This document shows, in pieces, positions 1 to 10,400 of a stretch of DNA of 64,000 nucleotides. The notes beneath the pieces are model-generated. The model was not told where the DNA came from. It did not search any database and saw only the letters and a list, made by a program, of their open reading frames with translations. This stretch comes from Campylobacterota bacterium. Lineage in GTDB: Bacteria > Campylobacterota > Campylobacteria > Campylobacterales > Arcobacteraceae. Location of the stretch: the NCBI GenBank assembly GCA_051746405.1, contig JBNJFB010000001.1, positions 32,001 to 96,000 on the forward strand. The letters run 5' to 3'. A program made the translations under genes and the position numbers. Position 1 is the stretch's first letter. Every line of letters starts with the position of its first letter.

Positions 1-1341
1 AAAACAAAAGGCGATGAGGTATATAGTGGTACAATAAATACTGACAGTTTAGTGCAGTTAGAAGTTACAAAAGATTTTAAGAACTCAACTTTCTCTTCTA
101 TTGTTACGTTATTAGAGGATTCATTAAACTCAAAACCAAATATTCAATCAAAAGCAAATGAGGTTTCAAAAGGCTTTACAGTTACTGTTTTAACCTTAGC
201 AATATTAACTTTTATAGTTTGGTACTTCTTTGGGGTTGATTTAGGGTTTGATTATGAGGGAACTAATCACTTTGAGAAGTCATTTATTGTTGCTATTTCA
301 GTTATCGTTATAGCTTGTCCTTGTGCTTTAGCCCTAGCAACTCCAATGGCAAGTTTAATAGGAATATCAAAGCTAACAAAAAAAGGTCTGCTTTTTAAGG
401 AGGCTAAGTTTATAGAGTCATTGGCTTTGACAAATAGTGTGGTTTTTGACAAAACAGGAACTCTAACAAAGGGTGAGTTAAGCGTTGTTAATGCAAAGTT
501 TTTAGATGAAAACGCTAATAGCATAAATCTTTTATACTCCCTTGTAGATACCTCGTCCCATCCAGTTAGTAAATCTATTAAAAACTATTTAAAACAGAGT
601 TATAAATGTGAAACAAAAGATATAAATGAGGCTAAAAATATTCAAGCAAGGGGCGTAAAAGCTACCTATAAAGACTCATATAACAGTAAACATGAGCTCT
701 TAGGTGGAAATATAGAGTTTATGAAAGAAAATGGTATAAAGTATGATTTTAAATCAAAAAAAACAAACTTTCTATTTGCTATAAATAAAATAGTTATTGC
801 AACTTTTGAGCTTGAAGATGAGATAAAAGAAGATGCAAATGATTTAATAAACTATCTACACTCAAAAGATATTGAGGTTATTATGCTAACAGGTGATAAT
901 GAAAATGTGGCAAAAACTGTATCCAAAAAGTTAAATATAAAGAGTTTTTATGCAAATCAAACCCCAAAAACCAAAGCAGATTTTATTAAAAACTTAAGAG
1001 GTGATAATAATATAGTTGTAATGGTAGGAGATGGTGTAAATGACTCTGTTGCCTTATCAAATGCAAGTGTAGCTGTTGCTATGGGTAATTCTGCTGATGT
1101 GTCCTTGCAAGTTTCAGATATAGTGATTTTAAACTCATCTTTAAAAGCTTTAAAAAGCTCATTTGAAATATCAAGTAGAACTTATAAGTTTATAAAGCAA
1201 AATTTAGGTATATCTTTGGTTTATAATATTGTTACTATACCATTTGCAATGCTTGGATATGTAATACCTTTAGTTGCAGCACTGTCAATGAGTTTAAGCT
1301 CACTAATTGTAGTATTAAACTCTTTTAGAATTAAAAAATAG
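1..1341 (+). CDS. ccoI: Heavy-metal (Cu) P1B-type ATPase, FixI/CcoI-like; 5' end outside the window
   Basis: Frame open from base 1 (KTKGDEVYSGT...). Motifs CPCALALATP, DKTGTLT, MLTGD, GDGVND. Directly followed by ccoS. Confidence 0.85.
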   Translation, partial: KTKGDEVYSGTINTDSLVQLEVTKDFKNSTFSSIVTLLEDSLNSKPNIQSKANEVSKGFTVTVLTLAILTFIVWYFFGVDLGFDYEGTNHFEKSFIVAISVIVIACPCALALATPMASLIGISKLTKKGLLFKEAKFIESLALTNSVVFDKTGTLTKGELSVVNAKFLDENANSINLLYSLVDTSSHPVSKSIKNYLKQSYKCETKDINEAKNIQARGVKATYKDSYNSKHELLGGNIEFMKENGIKYDFKSKKTNFLFAINKIVIATFELEDEIKEDANDLINYLHSKDIEVIMLTGDNENVAKTVSKKLNIKSFYANQTPKTKADFIKNLRGDNNIVVMVGDGVNDSVALSNASVAVAMGNSADVSLQVSDIVILNSSLKALKSSFEISSRTYKFIKQNLGISLVYNIVTIPFAMLGYVIPLVAALSMSLSSLIVVLNSFRIKK

Positions 1342-1349
1342 GAAATGAA

Positions 1350-1598
1350 ATGATTAATGATACACTTTTTATGATGCTAATAGTTGGACTTATAATCTCT
1401 TTTGCATTATTGTTACTTTTTATTTGGGGTGCAAAAACAGGTCAGTTTGATGACTCTAATAAAATGGTTGATGGGTTGTTATTTGATAGTGAGGATGATT
1501 TAAATGATGCTATAAATAAAGAAAAAAAATCAAAAGATGCAAAAGAAGAGAAGTTAAAAAAAACAGAAGAGTTAAATAAGAATAAAAATGAAAGTTAG
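1350..1598 (+). CDS. ccoS: cbb3-type cytochrome oxidase assembly protein CcoS/FixS
   Basis: Single TM helix followed by FIWGAKTGQFDD; downstream of the P-type ATPase. Confidence 0.9.
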   Translation: MINDTLFMMLIVGLIISFALLLLFIWGAKTGQFDDSNKMVDGLLFDSEDDLNDAINKEKKSKDAKEEKLKKTEELNKNKNES

Positions 1599-1616
1599 TC
1601 AAAAGACTAACTTTCA
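1589..1616. terminator. Probable bidirectional intrinsic terminator between convergent ccoS and cytochrome c
   Basis: 12-bp perfect inverted repeat TGAAAGTTAGTC-AAAA-GACTAACTTTCA. Confidence 0.7.
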
Positions 1617-1631
1617 AGGTTAGTATAAAAA

Positions 1632-1922
1632 CTACTTAAATGAAGCAATTTTTTTAGCTAAATCTTTAATGTCAGCATCAGAAAGTCTTACAACTTGACC
1701 TTTCATAACACCTTTCATAGCTCCACCATATGAACCATCTTTATAACCATTTAAAGCTTCAATTGTTTTAGCTTCATCCCAACCAGCGATTATTGCAGAT
1801 TTACCTAAAGCAGCTTTTTCACCATTTTGACCGTGACATGATGCACATGCACCCCATGATGCAGCTGATAATGATGCAGCAGTAACTGCAGCAAATATTG
1901 TACTTAATACAAGTTTTTTCAT
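1632..1922 (-). CDS. Periplasmic cytochrome c553-like monoheme cytochrome
   Basis: Signal peptide, CASCH heme motif, C-terminal MKGVMKGQV, good SD (AAGGAG). Confidence 0.9.
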   Translation of the reverse strand: MKKLVLSTIFAAVTAASLSAASWGACASCHGQNGEKAALGKSAIIAGWDEAKTIEALNGYKDGSYGGAMKGVMKGQVVRLSDADIKDLAKKIASFK

Positions 1923-2056
1923 TTTATCTCCTTAAATTAAAATAAACATTTTAGCTTTATTTTCTTTTTAGTAAGCTTAATATTTATTGTTATATTTTTT
2001 TATAAGTATAAGTGTTACCTATAATTGTATATTAATTGTGTATTAATTTTAAACTT

Positions 2057-3985
2057 TTAGTTTAAAGGGAGTTTTATAATAAAACTTGCACCTTTGTATT
2101 TTATAGATTCAAACTCATATGTACTATTTTGTGCTTCTATACTTCCTTTCATTCCCTCAATTATTTGTTTACTCATATGCAGTCCTACGCCTGTACCCTC
2201 ATCTTCTTTTTTTGTAGTAAAGTACGCTTCAAATATTCTATCTTTTATTTTTTCATCTATTCCACCTGCACTGTCTGTTACTTTTATAATAGCAAACTCA
2301 TCTTGTGTATATGTATCAATAAAAAGCAATCTTTTTTGTTCTTTTTCAAGTTTTATAAGTTCATCTTTTGCATTTTTGATTATATTTATAAGTACTTGTA
2401 GTAGTTCATTTGGGTATCCATATAGCTTTATATTCTCTATATTTTCAATAAGCAGTATGTCGTTATTTTTAAACTGTGAACTTATAAGCTTATTCGTTTT
2501 TTCAAAAGCCTCTTTTAAATAATACTCTTTTTTCTCTTTGTCAGGTTTAAAGAAGTTTCTAAAATCATCTATAGTAGTTGACAAATGTTTTATTGAGTTA
2601 TCAATATTTTTTATGGCTTCATTAAGTTGTTCTTTTGTGCTAAAATTATCATTCTCTTGATTTAGTTTTATTAGGCTATTTGACACAGAGATTAAGTTTA
2701 GTGGTTGTTTCCATTGATGGGCAATATTTCCTATCATCTCACCCATAGTTGCCATTTTTGATTGTTGAATTAAAAGCTTCTCTTTTTCATACACATTTTT
2801 TATCTCTGCTCTAACTTTTTGTTTGTATTTATCAAATATGCTTGCAACTATTTTAGAGATATAAAAAGATACTATTATCATAATTAGTGTTAATAGAATA
2901 CTTATATAGATAATCTTTTCAATAGTTTTATTAGTGGAGACTTTTAGAGCATCTTTTCTTTTTTCTAGTGTAGTGTAAAGCTTTTCAAGATAAAAACCAC
3001 TACCTATCATCCAGTTTAAATCATCTACTAGCCTTACATAAGATATTTTGTCATTTGTTTTATTGTTTTTATTTAAGATTACACTTCCTTGGTATCTAAC
3101 AAAACCCTCTTTATTATTTTTTGTATAGTTTATTAAATCTTTTAGTACATATACTCCATTTTTATTTTGTGAGTTATATCTGTTTTGACCTATTAACTCC
3201 TCTTTTGGATTTGCTAGGCATAAACCATCTAAAGTATAAATAAATAGATGTTCAGGAGCTTGTAGATTTAAACTATTTATTTTTTTTAATATCTTATCTT
3301 TTAATATTCTTTCATACTCTTCTATATAATCACCTGTGCCTATAAATAAATCAAAGGGTTCAAATTTTTTAAAAAATCCTATTTTCTTATACTCTTTTTC
3401 ACTATTTTTATCTTTTCTCCAATACCATTCATAGAAAGCTTCATCTTTTTTACTTAATAATCTATTCATATCTTGAAGTATTGATACTCCCCTTTTATCT
3501 TCGTGGTTCCATAGATTTTTACCCTCAATACTTGGAAACTGTGAGTTTAAAATATTTTTGCCATTTAGTTCATACATAAAAATATATCCTAAGTCATTAT
3601 TGAATCTTATTGTTCTTAGAGTATTTTTTATCTCTTTTATAGTTTGGGCTTTTGAGTAATTGGGTTTTTTGATATTTCTTTTATAGATAGCTGTGGCAAT
3701 TGAGTGTGCTTGATAAACTTCTTGTTTGATATCATTTTTTAACTCATTAAACTCGATTTTCTTTTCGATTTCAATAAAGTTGTAGACTTTATTTACTAGA
3801 CTTTCGACCATTTTTTTGTTGTGGTTTATGTAGTTTTTCTCAATTGCGATTGCTTCTTTTTTTAACTCTTCTTTTTTTTGATTAATAAGTGTATAAGATA
3901 TTATAGATGAGAATAGTATTATTACAAAAATTACTCCATACTTAATGATAGTTACTATTTTTCTTTCACTATGAAGTAATTTCAT
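2057..3985 (-). CDS. Sensor histidine kinase with tandem Cache domains (no adjacent response regulator)
   Basis: Two TM helices, Cache-like periplasmic region, H-box IAHQWKQPL, N-box NIIKNAKD, G-box GTGVGL. Confidence 0.9.
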   Translation of the reverse strand: MKLLHSERKIVTIIKYGVIFVIILFSSIISYTLINQKKEELKKEAIAIEKNYINHNKKMVESLVNKVYNFIEIEKKIEFNELKNDIKQEVYQAHSIATAIYKRNIKKPNYSKAQTIKEIKNTLRTIRFNNDLGYIFMYELNGKNILNSQFPSIEGKNLWNHEDKRGVSILQDMNRLLSKKDEAFYEWYWRKDKNSEKEYKKIGFFKKFEPFDLFIGTGDYIEEYERILKDKILKKINSLNLQAPEHLFIYTLDGLCLANPKEELIGQNRYNSQNKNGVYVLKDLINYTKNNKEGFVRYQGSVILNKNNKTNDKISYVRLVDDLNWMIGSGFYLEKLYTTLEKRKDALKVSTNKTIEKIIYISILLTLIMIIVSFYISKIVASIFDKYKQKVRAEIKNVYEKEKLLIQQSKMATMGEMIGNIAHQWKQPLNLISVSNSLIKLNQENDNFSTKEQLNEAIKNIDNSIKHLSTTIDDFRNFFKPDKEKKEYYLKEAFEKTNKLISSQFKNNDILLIENIENIKLYGYPNELLQVLINIIKNAKDELIKLEKEQKRLLFIDTYTQDEFAIIKVTDSAGGIDEKIKDRIFEAYFTTKKEDEGTGVGLHMSKQIIEGMKGSIEAQNSTYEFESIKYKGASFIIKLPLN

Positions 3986-4162
3986 TTTAAATTCCTTTTA
4001 TAATATATATATTAATAATAACACTTTTTTTATTACTTTACAATATATTTCATTAAAGTTTTAAATTTAGCTATATTTGATTAGTAAAACAGTAGAATTA
4101 CTTGTATTAGTTACTTTATATTTAAGTTGATTTGAAGTAGTGTATTATTAATAGGGATAATT

Positions 4163-4768
4163 GTGGAAAATAGCCAAGTAGTATTAAAAATCAAGAACCT
4201 TAACTTTTCATATGATAAGAGAGATTATCTTTTTGAAAACTTCTCTTTGGAGTTAAAAAAAGGTGAGTTATTCTCAATTTTTGGAAAAAGTGGTATAGGA
4301 AAAAGTACTCTTTTTGAACTTATTACAAATAACCTAAAACCAATAAAGGGTACTATTGAAGCTAAAAAATATAGTATGATTTTTCAAGACCCTTATACCT
4401 CTTTTCATCCTAGTTTTACTATAATTGAACAAATTAGTGATACGGTTAGTTATGATTTTTTAAATGATTTAGAAAAATATATAAAAGAGTTAAGCTTAGA
4501 TAAGAAACAACTTGAAAAAAAGCCCCATGAGTTAAGTGGAGGGCAACTTCAAAGATGTTCCATATTAAGAGCTTTGTTAATGAAACCACAACTATTACTA
4601 GTAGATGAACCAACATCAGCACTTGATAATATTATTGCCTATGATGTGATGAAGTTACTAATAAAATACTTAGATTCATGTGCAATTCTATTAATAACAC
4701 ATGATATAGATTTAGCTACATGGTGTAGCGACAAAATTATAAGATTGGAAGACGATGCAAAAAACTAA
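4163..4768 (+). CDS. ABC transporter ATP-binding protein (no adjacent permease)
   Basis: Walker A GKSGIGKST, signature LSGGQ, Walker B LLVDEPT. Confidence 0.85.
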   Translation: MENSQVVLKIKNLNFSYDKRDYLFENFSLELKKGELFSIFGKSGIGKSTLFELITNNLKPIKGTIEAKKYSMIFQDPYTSFHPSFTIIEQISDTVSYDFLNDLEKYIKELSLDKKQLEKKPHELSGGQLQRCSILRALLMKPQLLLVDEPTSALDNIIAYDVMKLLIKYLDSCAILLITHDIDLATWCSDKIIRLEDDAKN

Positions 4769-5690
4769 TAAAGCCTTAGTTCTACTAAATATGGGTGGAG
4801 CTAGAAATAAAGAAGAACTGAACCTTTTTTTAAAAAATATGTTTAATGATAAAAATATCATAGCAGCCCCAAAGCTAATAAGAAAAATGATTGCATTTTT
4901 TATTAGGACATCAAGACTTAATAGTGCTTGGGAAAACTATGAGAAAATTGGTGGGTTTTCACCCTTAAATCCTTTGACACAAAAACTTGTTGAAAAAGTA
5001 AATGAGCAAATAGATGAGTATAAAACCTATCAGGTTATGAGATATACTCCTCCTTTCTCATATGAAGTAATACAACAGATGAAAAAAGATGGGATTGAAG
5101 AAGTGGTGCTACTTCCTTTATATCCACAATTTTCAACAACTACTACTAAATCATCTGTTGAAGATTTTAAAGAGAATGCAAAAGATTTATTTAAAATAAA
5201 AACAGTTGGTACTTTTTATAAAAATGAGAAGTTTAATAACTGTATTATTGAAGAGATAAAGCAAAAAGCAAAAAATAGTGCAAATGATTTAAATCTAGTA
5301 TTTTCAGCCCATGGTTTACCTCAAAAAATTGTAGATAAAGGTGACCCTTATGAAAAGCAAATGAAAAAACATGTAAAGATTTTATCTGATATGCTTGAAA
5401 AAGAGGGTTATAATTTTAAATCTATAAATTTAGCTTATCAATCAAAAGTAGGTCCAATGAAGTGGTTAGAACCATCTTTGGATGATATGCTTAAAAACTT
5501 TAAGGATGAAAAGGTGATTATTTATCCAATAGCATTTACTGTTGATAACTCAGAGACAAATTTTGAACTTGATATTGAGTATAGAGAAATTGCCCAAGAG
5601 ATTGGCGTAAAAGAGTTAAGAGTTTGTAAATGTGTAAATGATAGTGATATGTTTATAGATGCAATTAAGGATATAATTAAGAAAAAATAA
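4755..5690 (+). CDS. hemH: Ferrochelatase
   Basis: LLNMGG, LPLYPQFSTTTT, FSAHGLP, YQSKVGP.KWLEP motifs. Confidence 0.95.
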   Translation: MQKTNKALVLLNMGGARNKEELNLFLKNMFNDKNIIAAPKLIRKMIAFFIRTSRLNSAWENYEKIGGFSPLNPLTQKLVEKVNEQIDEYKTYQVMRYTPPFSYEVIQQMKKDGIEEVVLLPLYPQFSTTTTKSSVEDFKENAKDLFKIKTVGTFYKNEKFNNCIIEEIKQKAKNSANDLNLVFSAHGLPQKIVDKGDPYEKQMKKHVKILSDMLEKEGYNFKSINLAYQSKVGPMKWLEPSLDDMLKNFKDEKVIIYPIAFTVDNSETNFELDIEYREIAQEIGVKELRVCKCVNDSDMFIDAIKDIIKKK

Positions 5691-5699
5691 GGAGTTTCT

Positions 5700-6254
5700 A
5701 TGGAAATTAGTGTAGAGCAAGTACTTTTAGAAGTTGCAAGAAACAGTATATTAAGTGAGTTTGAGAACTCTTTTTCTATAAATAAAGAGATGTTATTAGA
5801 AAAGTTTCCTATACTAAAAGAGCAAAGGGCTTGTTTTGTTACGCTAAATTCAAATGGCAAACTAAGGGGGTGTATAGGTTCATTAGTTGCCCATAAAAAT
5901 CTTTTGGATGATGTGATTTCAAATGCTTACAATGCAGCCTTTAGTGATATGAGATTTAATAGACTAACACCTTTGGAGTTTAAAAATATAGATATTGAAA
6001 TATCTGTTTTAACTCCTGCTGTTAAGCTACCTTATGAGAGTGAAAGTGACTTAAGAGAGAAGATAACACCCAATGAACATGGAGTTATTTTAGAGCTTGA
6101 TGGTAAAAGAGCAACCTTCTTACCTCAAGTTTGGGAACAACTCCCAACCTTTGATGAGTTTTTTACACAGCTTTCAAAAAAAGCTGGATTTAGCAAAAAC
6201 TGCATAGAAAACAAACCAACAATTTATACATACACAGCAATAAAGATAAAGTAA
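5700..6254 (+). CDS. amrA: AmmeMemoRadiSam system protein A (AMMECR1 family)
   Basis: LRGCIG motif, ATFLPQVWEQ, adjacent to the radical SAM gene. Confidence 0.9.
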   Translation: MEISVEQVLLEVARNSILSEFENSFSINKEMLLEKFPILKEQRACFVTLNSNGKLRGCIGSLVAHKNLLDDVISNAYNAAFSDMRFNRLTPLEFKNIDIEISVLTPAVKLPYESESDLREKITPNEHGVILELDGKRATFLPQVWEQLPTFDEFFTQLSKKAGFSKNCIENKPTIYTYTAIKIK

Positions 6255-8029
6255 TGAATTTTTATAAAAAGCAAAATGACAGGTTAGTTTGCCAATTATG
6301 CTCTTATTATTGTAAATTAAAAGAGGGTCAAACAGGTATTTGTGGAGTAAACAAAAACACAGGTGAGAAAATAGAGTGTTTGGTTTATGGTTATTTAGCA
6401 GCTATGAATATTGACCCAATTGAGAAAAAACCTTTATATCATGTATTGCCTAAATCAAAATCTTTTAGTATAGGAACAGTTGGCTGTAACTTTAGATGTT
6501 CCTTTTGTCAAAATCATGGGATTTCACAAGAGCATAATATAGATAAATCAGCCTACTATAGCCCTAAAGATATAGTGAAAATGGCAAGGCACTATAAGTG
6601 TGAAACTATCTCTTATACCTATAATGAACCTACTATTTTTTATCCTTATGCAAAAGATTGTGCAATTGAAGCTAAAAAGTACGGTATAAAAAATGTATAT
6701 GTATCAAATGGTTTTGAAAGCAGTGAAGTTATTGATGATATGAAAGGCCTTATTGATGCTGTGAATATTGATTTTAAATGTTTTAGTGAGAAGTATTATA
6801 AAAAGAGTTTAGGTGGAAGTTTAAAGCAGGTTTTAGAAAATCTAAAGCATTTTAAGAGAAATGGAATTTGGGTAGAGGTAACTACACTAATAGTCCCAAC
6901 AAAAAATGACTCAAAAGAGGAGTTAACAAAAATAGCTAAGTTTATAAAAGAAGAGCTTGATGAGTTTACACCTTGGCATGTGTCAGCTTTCCATCCAGAT
7001 TATAAAGAGATGGATTTGCCAAATACTTCTTTTGAGTCTTTAAAATTAGCAAATGATATAGCAAAGGAAGTGGGACTAAAGTATGCATATATAGGAAATA
7101 TATCTTTTGACAATGATACTAAATGTCCAAAATGTGATGAGGTTGTTTTAAAAAGAAATAGATTTGAAGTACTAGAAAATAGAGTTATAAATGGAAAATG
7201 TCCAAAATGTGATTATGAGATACAAGGAGTTTTTTCAAAGATGAAAAGTGTTAGAAAAACAGGATTTAGTGGTAGATTTTACCCTGAGAATAAAGAAGAG
7301 ATTTTAAGCTATATTGAAAAGTTTAATAAAAACTTTCAGGTAAATGGAACATTTGATACTAAAGCTATGATAGTTCCTCACGCAGGGTATGTATTTAGTG
7401 GGTTTACTGCAAATATTGCTTATAATATTTCAAAAGATAAAAAGCCAAAAAGAGTAATAGTAATAGGACCAAGTCATAATGTATATTATGAAAAAGCAAG
7501 TGTAGCTTTATATGATGAGTATGAAACACCTTTTGGTAATATACAAATTGATAAAGAGTATTCAAAAAGTTTGATTGATAAATATGAGATTTTAGATTTT
7601 AATGAAGAGTTACACTTAGAACACTCTACAGAAACCCAAGCACCTTTTACAAAACACTATTTTCCAGATGCTTCAATAGTTGAAATAGTTTATGGAAAAG
7701 TTGATTATAAAGAGTTATCAAAAGTAATTGATGAGTTTTTAGAGGATGAAAATAATCTTATTTTAATCTCCACTGATTTAAGTCACTTTCACAATCAAGA
7801 AACAGCAAATAAACTAGATAATATCTGTTTAAATGCAATTGATAAAAAAGATATGAGTCTATTTGATAAAGGCTGTGAGGCTTGTGGAAAGATAGGTGTA
7901 AAAGCAGTAATTAACTCTGCAATTAAAAAAGAGCTAGATACAAAAGTATTACACTACTGTACTTCATACGATAGAACAAAAGACGCATCTAGAGTTGTAG
8001 GATATACCTCTGCACTGATAGGAAAGTAG
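6254..8029 (+). CDS. Fusion of AmmeMemoRadiSam radical SAM enzyme (AmrS) and MEMO1-family protein (AmrB)
   Basis: N-half: DPIEKKPL, CNFRCSFC, YTYNEP. C-half: GRFYP, VPHAGYVFSG, GPSH, EHS, ISTDLSH, VVGY. One continuous frame. Confidence 0.9.
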   Translation: MNFYKKQNDRLVCQLCSYYCKLKEGQTGICGVNKNTGEKIECLVYGYLAAMNIDPIEKKPLYHVLPKSKSFSIGTVGCNFRCSFCQNHGISQEHNIDKSAYYSPKDIVKMARHYKCETISYTYNEPTIFYPYAKDCAIEAKKYGIKNVYVSNGFESSEVIDDMKGLIDAVNIDFKCFSEKYYKKSLGGSLKQVLENLKHFKRNGIWVEVTTLIVPTKNDSKEELTKIAKFIKEELDEFTPWHVSAFHPDYKEMDLPNTSFESLKLANDIAKEVGLKYAYIGNISFDNDTKCPKCDEVVLKRNRFEVLENRVINGKCPKCDYEIQGVFSKMKSVRKTGFSGRFYPENKEEILSYIEKFNKNFQVNGTFDTKAMIVPHAGYVFSGFTANIAYNISKDKKPKRVIVIGPSHNVYYEKASVALYDEYETPFGNIQIDKEYSKSLIDKYEILDFNEELHLEHSTETQAPFTKHYFPDASIVEIVYGKVDYKELSKVIDEFLEDENNLILISTDLSHFHNQETANKLDNICLNAIDKKDMSLFDKGCEACGKIGVKAVINSAIKKELDTKVLHYCTSYDRTKDASRVVGYTSALIGK

Positions 8030-8773
8030 ATGTTTTTACTTAAAAAGTTTGTATCTGCATTTTTACTACCCTTGCCAATTGGACTTTTTTTATTTGCTTT
8101 GGGGGTTTACCTGCTTTTTAAAAACTCATACACAAAAGCAAAAATTGTTCTATTTTTTTGTATATCTTGGTTTACTCTTCTTTCATATTCACCAATTGCA
8201 AATGCTATAATTGCACCTTTGGAGAACTCACATAAAGCACTACTTCAAACGCCGAAGGTTGAGTATGTACTTGTTTTAGGAAATGGACACATATCAAATG
8301 AAAATCTAAGTATTACTTCTCAGTTAAATCAAACAGCTATAAATAGATTAACAGAGGGAATCAAGCATTTTAAAAGATTAGAAAATGCAAAGCTTGTAGT
8401 ATCAGGGTATAAAGGGTTTGATAAAAATTCCCACGCTTTTATGCAGCAGTTATTAGCAAAATCATTGGGAATAAAGCAAGAAAATATAGTAAGGTTTGAT
8501 ACCCCAAGGGATACAAAAGAAGAAGCAATAGCTATGAAAAAGCTTTTGGAAGACAAAAGATTTATCTTAGTTACAAGTGCTTCACATATGAAAAGAGCAA
8601 TGCTAATTTTTGAAAAAATGGGATTAAATCCAATTGCTGCACCAACTAATCATATGAGTTTGGAAAGTAAAGGATTAAGTAGTTATATCTCAGCTACAAA
8701 TCTAAGAAAAGTTGAACTTGCGTTTCATGAGTATTTGGGTATTTTATGGGGAAAAATAAACGGATTTATTTAA
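8030..8773 (+). CDS. YdcF/ElyC (DUF218) family protein
   Basis: N-terminal TM helices, VLGNG, LVTSASHMKRA, HEYLG. Confidence 0.85.
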   Translation: MFLLKKFVSAFLLPLPIGLFLFALGVYLLFKNSYTKAKIVLFFCISWFTLLSYSPIANAIIAPLENSHKALLQTPKVEYVLVLGNGHISNENLSITSQLNQTAINRLTEGIKHFKRLENAKLVVSGYKGFDKNSHAFMQQLLAKSLGIKQENIVRFDTPRDTKEEAIAMKKLLEDKRFILVTSASHMKRAMLIFEKMGLNPIAAPTNHMSLESKGLSSYISATNLRKVELAFHEYLGILWGKINGFI

Positions 8774-8797
8774 TTTAAATAGATTAAAGTTTTTAAG

Positions 8798-8823
8798 TGT
8801 TATAATTGCAACCTGGTTGCAAT
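8798..8823 (+). promoter_or_regulatory. Extended -10 promoter (TGtTATAAT) overlapped by a perfect 9-1-9 palindromic operator, probably a metal (Zur-like) repressor site
   Basis: ATTGCAACC-T-GGTTGCAAT at 8805-8823, between TATAAT (8801-8806) and the SD AGGAG of the Zn/Mn ABC ATPase. Confidence 0.65.
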
Positions 8824-8832
8824 AGGAGTAAA

Positions 8833-9585
8833 ATGAAAATAATAGAAATAAAAAATTTATCATACAAATATAGTACAAGTCCAAAAGTTTTAGAAGATAT
8901 AAACTTAGAGATAAATAGTGAAGATTTCCTTGCTATTATTGGACCAAATGGTGGTGGAAAATCAACCTTACTAAAACTTATTTTAGGGTTATTGAAAAAT
9001 CAAGAAGGAACTATAAATAAATATATTAAAGATGATGAAATAGGGTATGTACCACAAAATACAAATCTAAATACATCTTTCCCTATAACTGCACTAGAAG
9101 TTGTACTAATGGGACATATTGGCAGTAAAAAAAAGCTTTTTGGACATTCAAAGGAGGATATTAGATGTGCTAAAAACTCTTTAAAGCAAGTTGGAATGGA
9201 AGGTTTTGAAAATAGAAAAATCGGTAATTTAAGTGGAGGACAAAGACAAAGAGTTTTTATAGCAAGAGCTTTATGTGCAAATCCCAAGGTTATACTACTA
9301 GATGAACCAACTGCAAGTATTGATGTAAAAGGTCAAAATGAGATATATGAACTATTAAAAGATTTAAACAAATATATATGTATAGTTGTGGTAAGCCATG
9401 ATATTTCAGTACTTTTAAACTATGCAAGAAAAGTAGCCCATGTGAATAAAAATCTAAAATACCACTCTTTAGAAGAGATTCAAGGAGATATTAAAACTAC
9501 AGATGAACACTTATGTGAAGTTGAGCTTTTAAATGCACTTGGAAAGACAAGAGTCTGTTGTGATACAAAAGAAGGTGACAAGTAG
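8833..9585 (+). CDS. znuC: Zn/Mn ABC transporter ATP-binding protein
   Basis: GPNGGGKST, IGYVPQ, LSGGQRQR, His/Cys-rich tail. ATG at 8833 follows AGGAG. Confidence 0.85.
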   Translation: MKIIEIKNLSYKYSTSPKVLEDINLEINSEDFLAIIGPNGGGKSTLLKLILGLLKNQEGTINKYIKDDEIGYVPQNTNLNTSFPITALEVVLMGHIGSKKKLFGHSKEDIRCAKNSLKQVGMEGFENRKIGNLSGGQRQRVFIARALCANPKVILLDEPTASIDVKGQNEIYELLKDLNKYICIVVVSHDISVLLNYARKVAHVNKNLKYHSLEEIQGDIKTTDEHLCEVELLNALGKTRVCCDTKEGDK

Positions 9586-10383
9586 ATGATAGAAGCTTTA
9601 CAGTACGAATTTATGCAAAATGCTCTTTTAGCAGGAGTGTTAATATCAATTGCAGCTGGAATAATAGGCTCTTTGATTGTTGTAAATAGACTTACATTTT
9701 TAGCAGGTGGTATTGCACATAGTTCTTATGGGGGAATAGGGCTTGCTATTTATCTTGGACTGCCCGTTTTATTTGGTGCTACAGTATTTGCTGTTTTAAC
9801 TGCTGTGATTATTGCTGTGATTACTTTAAATAATAAAAGTCGAATAGACTCTATTATTGGTTTAATGTGGGCATTTGGTATGGCTGTGGGGATAATATTT
9901 ATTGATATTACACCTGGGTACAATGTGGATTTGATGTCATATCTATTTGGTTCAATTATTGCTGTATCAAGTGGTGATGTGTTGTATATGACAATATTGG
10001 ATATTTTTATTATCTCAATAGTAGCAGTCTTTTATAAGCAAATACTTGCAGTATCTTATGATAGTGAGTTTGCAAAACTAAGGGGAATTAATACTAAGTT
10101 TTTTTATACACTTATTTTAATTTTAGCTGCACTTTGTGTTGTAGCAGCTATAAAAGCAGTGGGGCTAATACTAGTAATCGCACTACTTACAATTCCCACA
10201 TATCTAGCAGAGAGTTTTACTGCTAGACTATCAACTATGATGATTGCAAGCTCTTTTTTTGCTACATTGTTTACAGTTATTGGACTTGCAGTTTCATACT
10301 ATTTTGATATAAGTTCAGGTGCTAGTATTATTATTACAGCAGTTATAATTTTGGTGCTTGTAAAGCTATTTAAAAGAGGTTAA
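9586..10383 (+). CDS. znuB: Zn/Mn ABC transporter permease
   Basis: EFMQNALLAG, IAHSSYGG, YLFGSI, VGLILVIALL motifs. Confidence 0.85.
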   Translation: MIEALQYEFMQNALLAGVLISIAAGIIGSLIVVNRLTFLAGGIAHSSYGGIGLAIYLGLPVLFGATVFAVLTAVIIAVITLNNKSRIDSIIGLMWAFGMAVGIIFIDITPGYNVDLMSYLFGSIIAVSSGDVLYMTILDIFIISIVAVFYKQILAVSYDSEFAKLRGINTKFFYTLILILAALCVVAAIKAVGLILVIALLTIPTYLAESFTARLSTMMIASSFFATLFTVIGLAVSYYFDISSGASIIITAVIILVLVKLFKRG

Positions 10384-10398
10384 GTAACCTCTTTTTTT
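10372..10398 (+). terminator. Intrinsic terminator after znuB (possibly bidirectional)
   Basis: AAAAGAGGTT-AAGT-AACCTCTTTT followed by T-tract. Confidence 0.7.
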
Positions 10399-10400
10399 AT

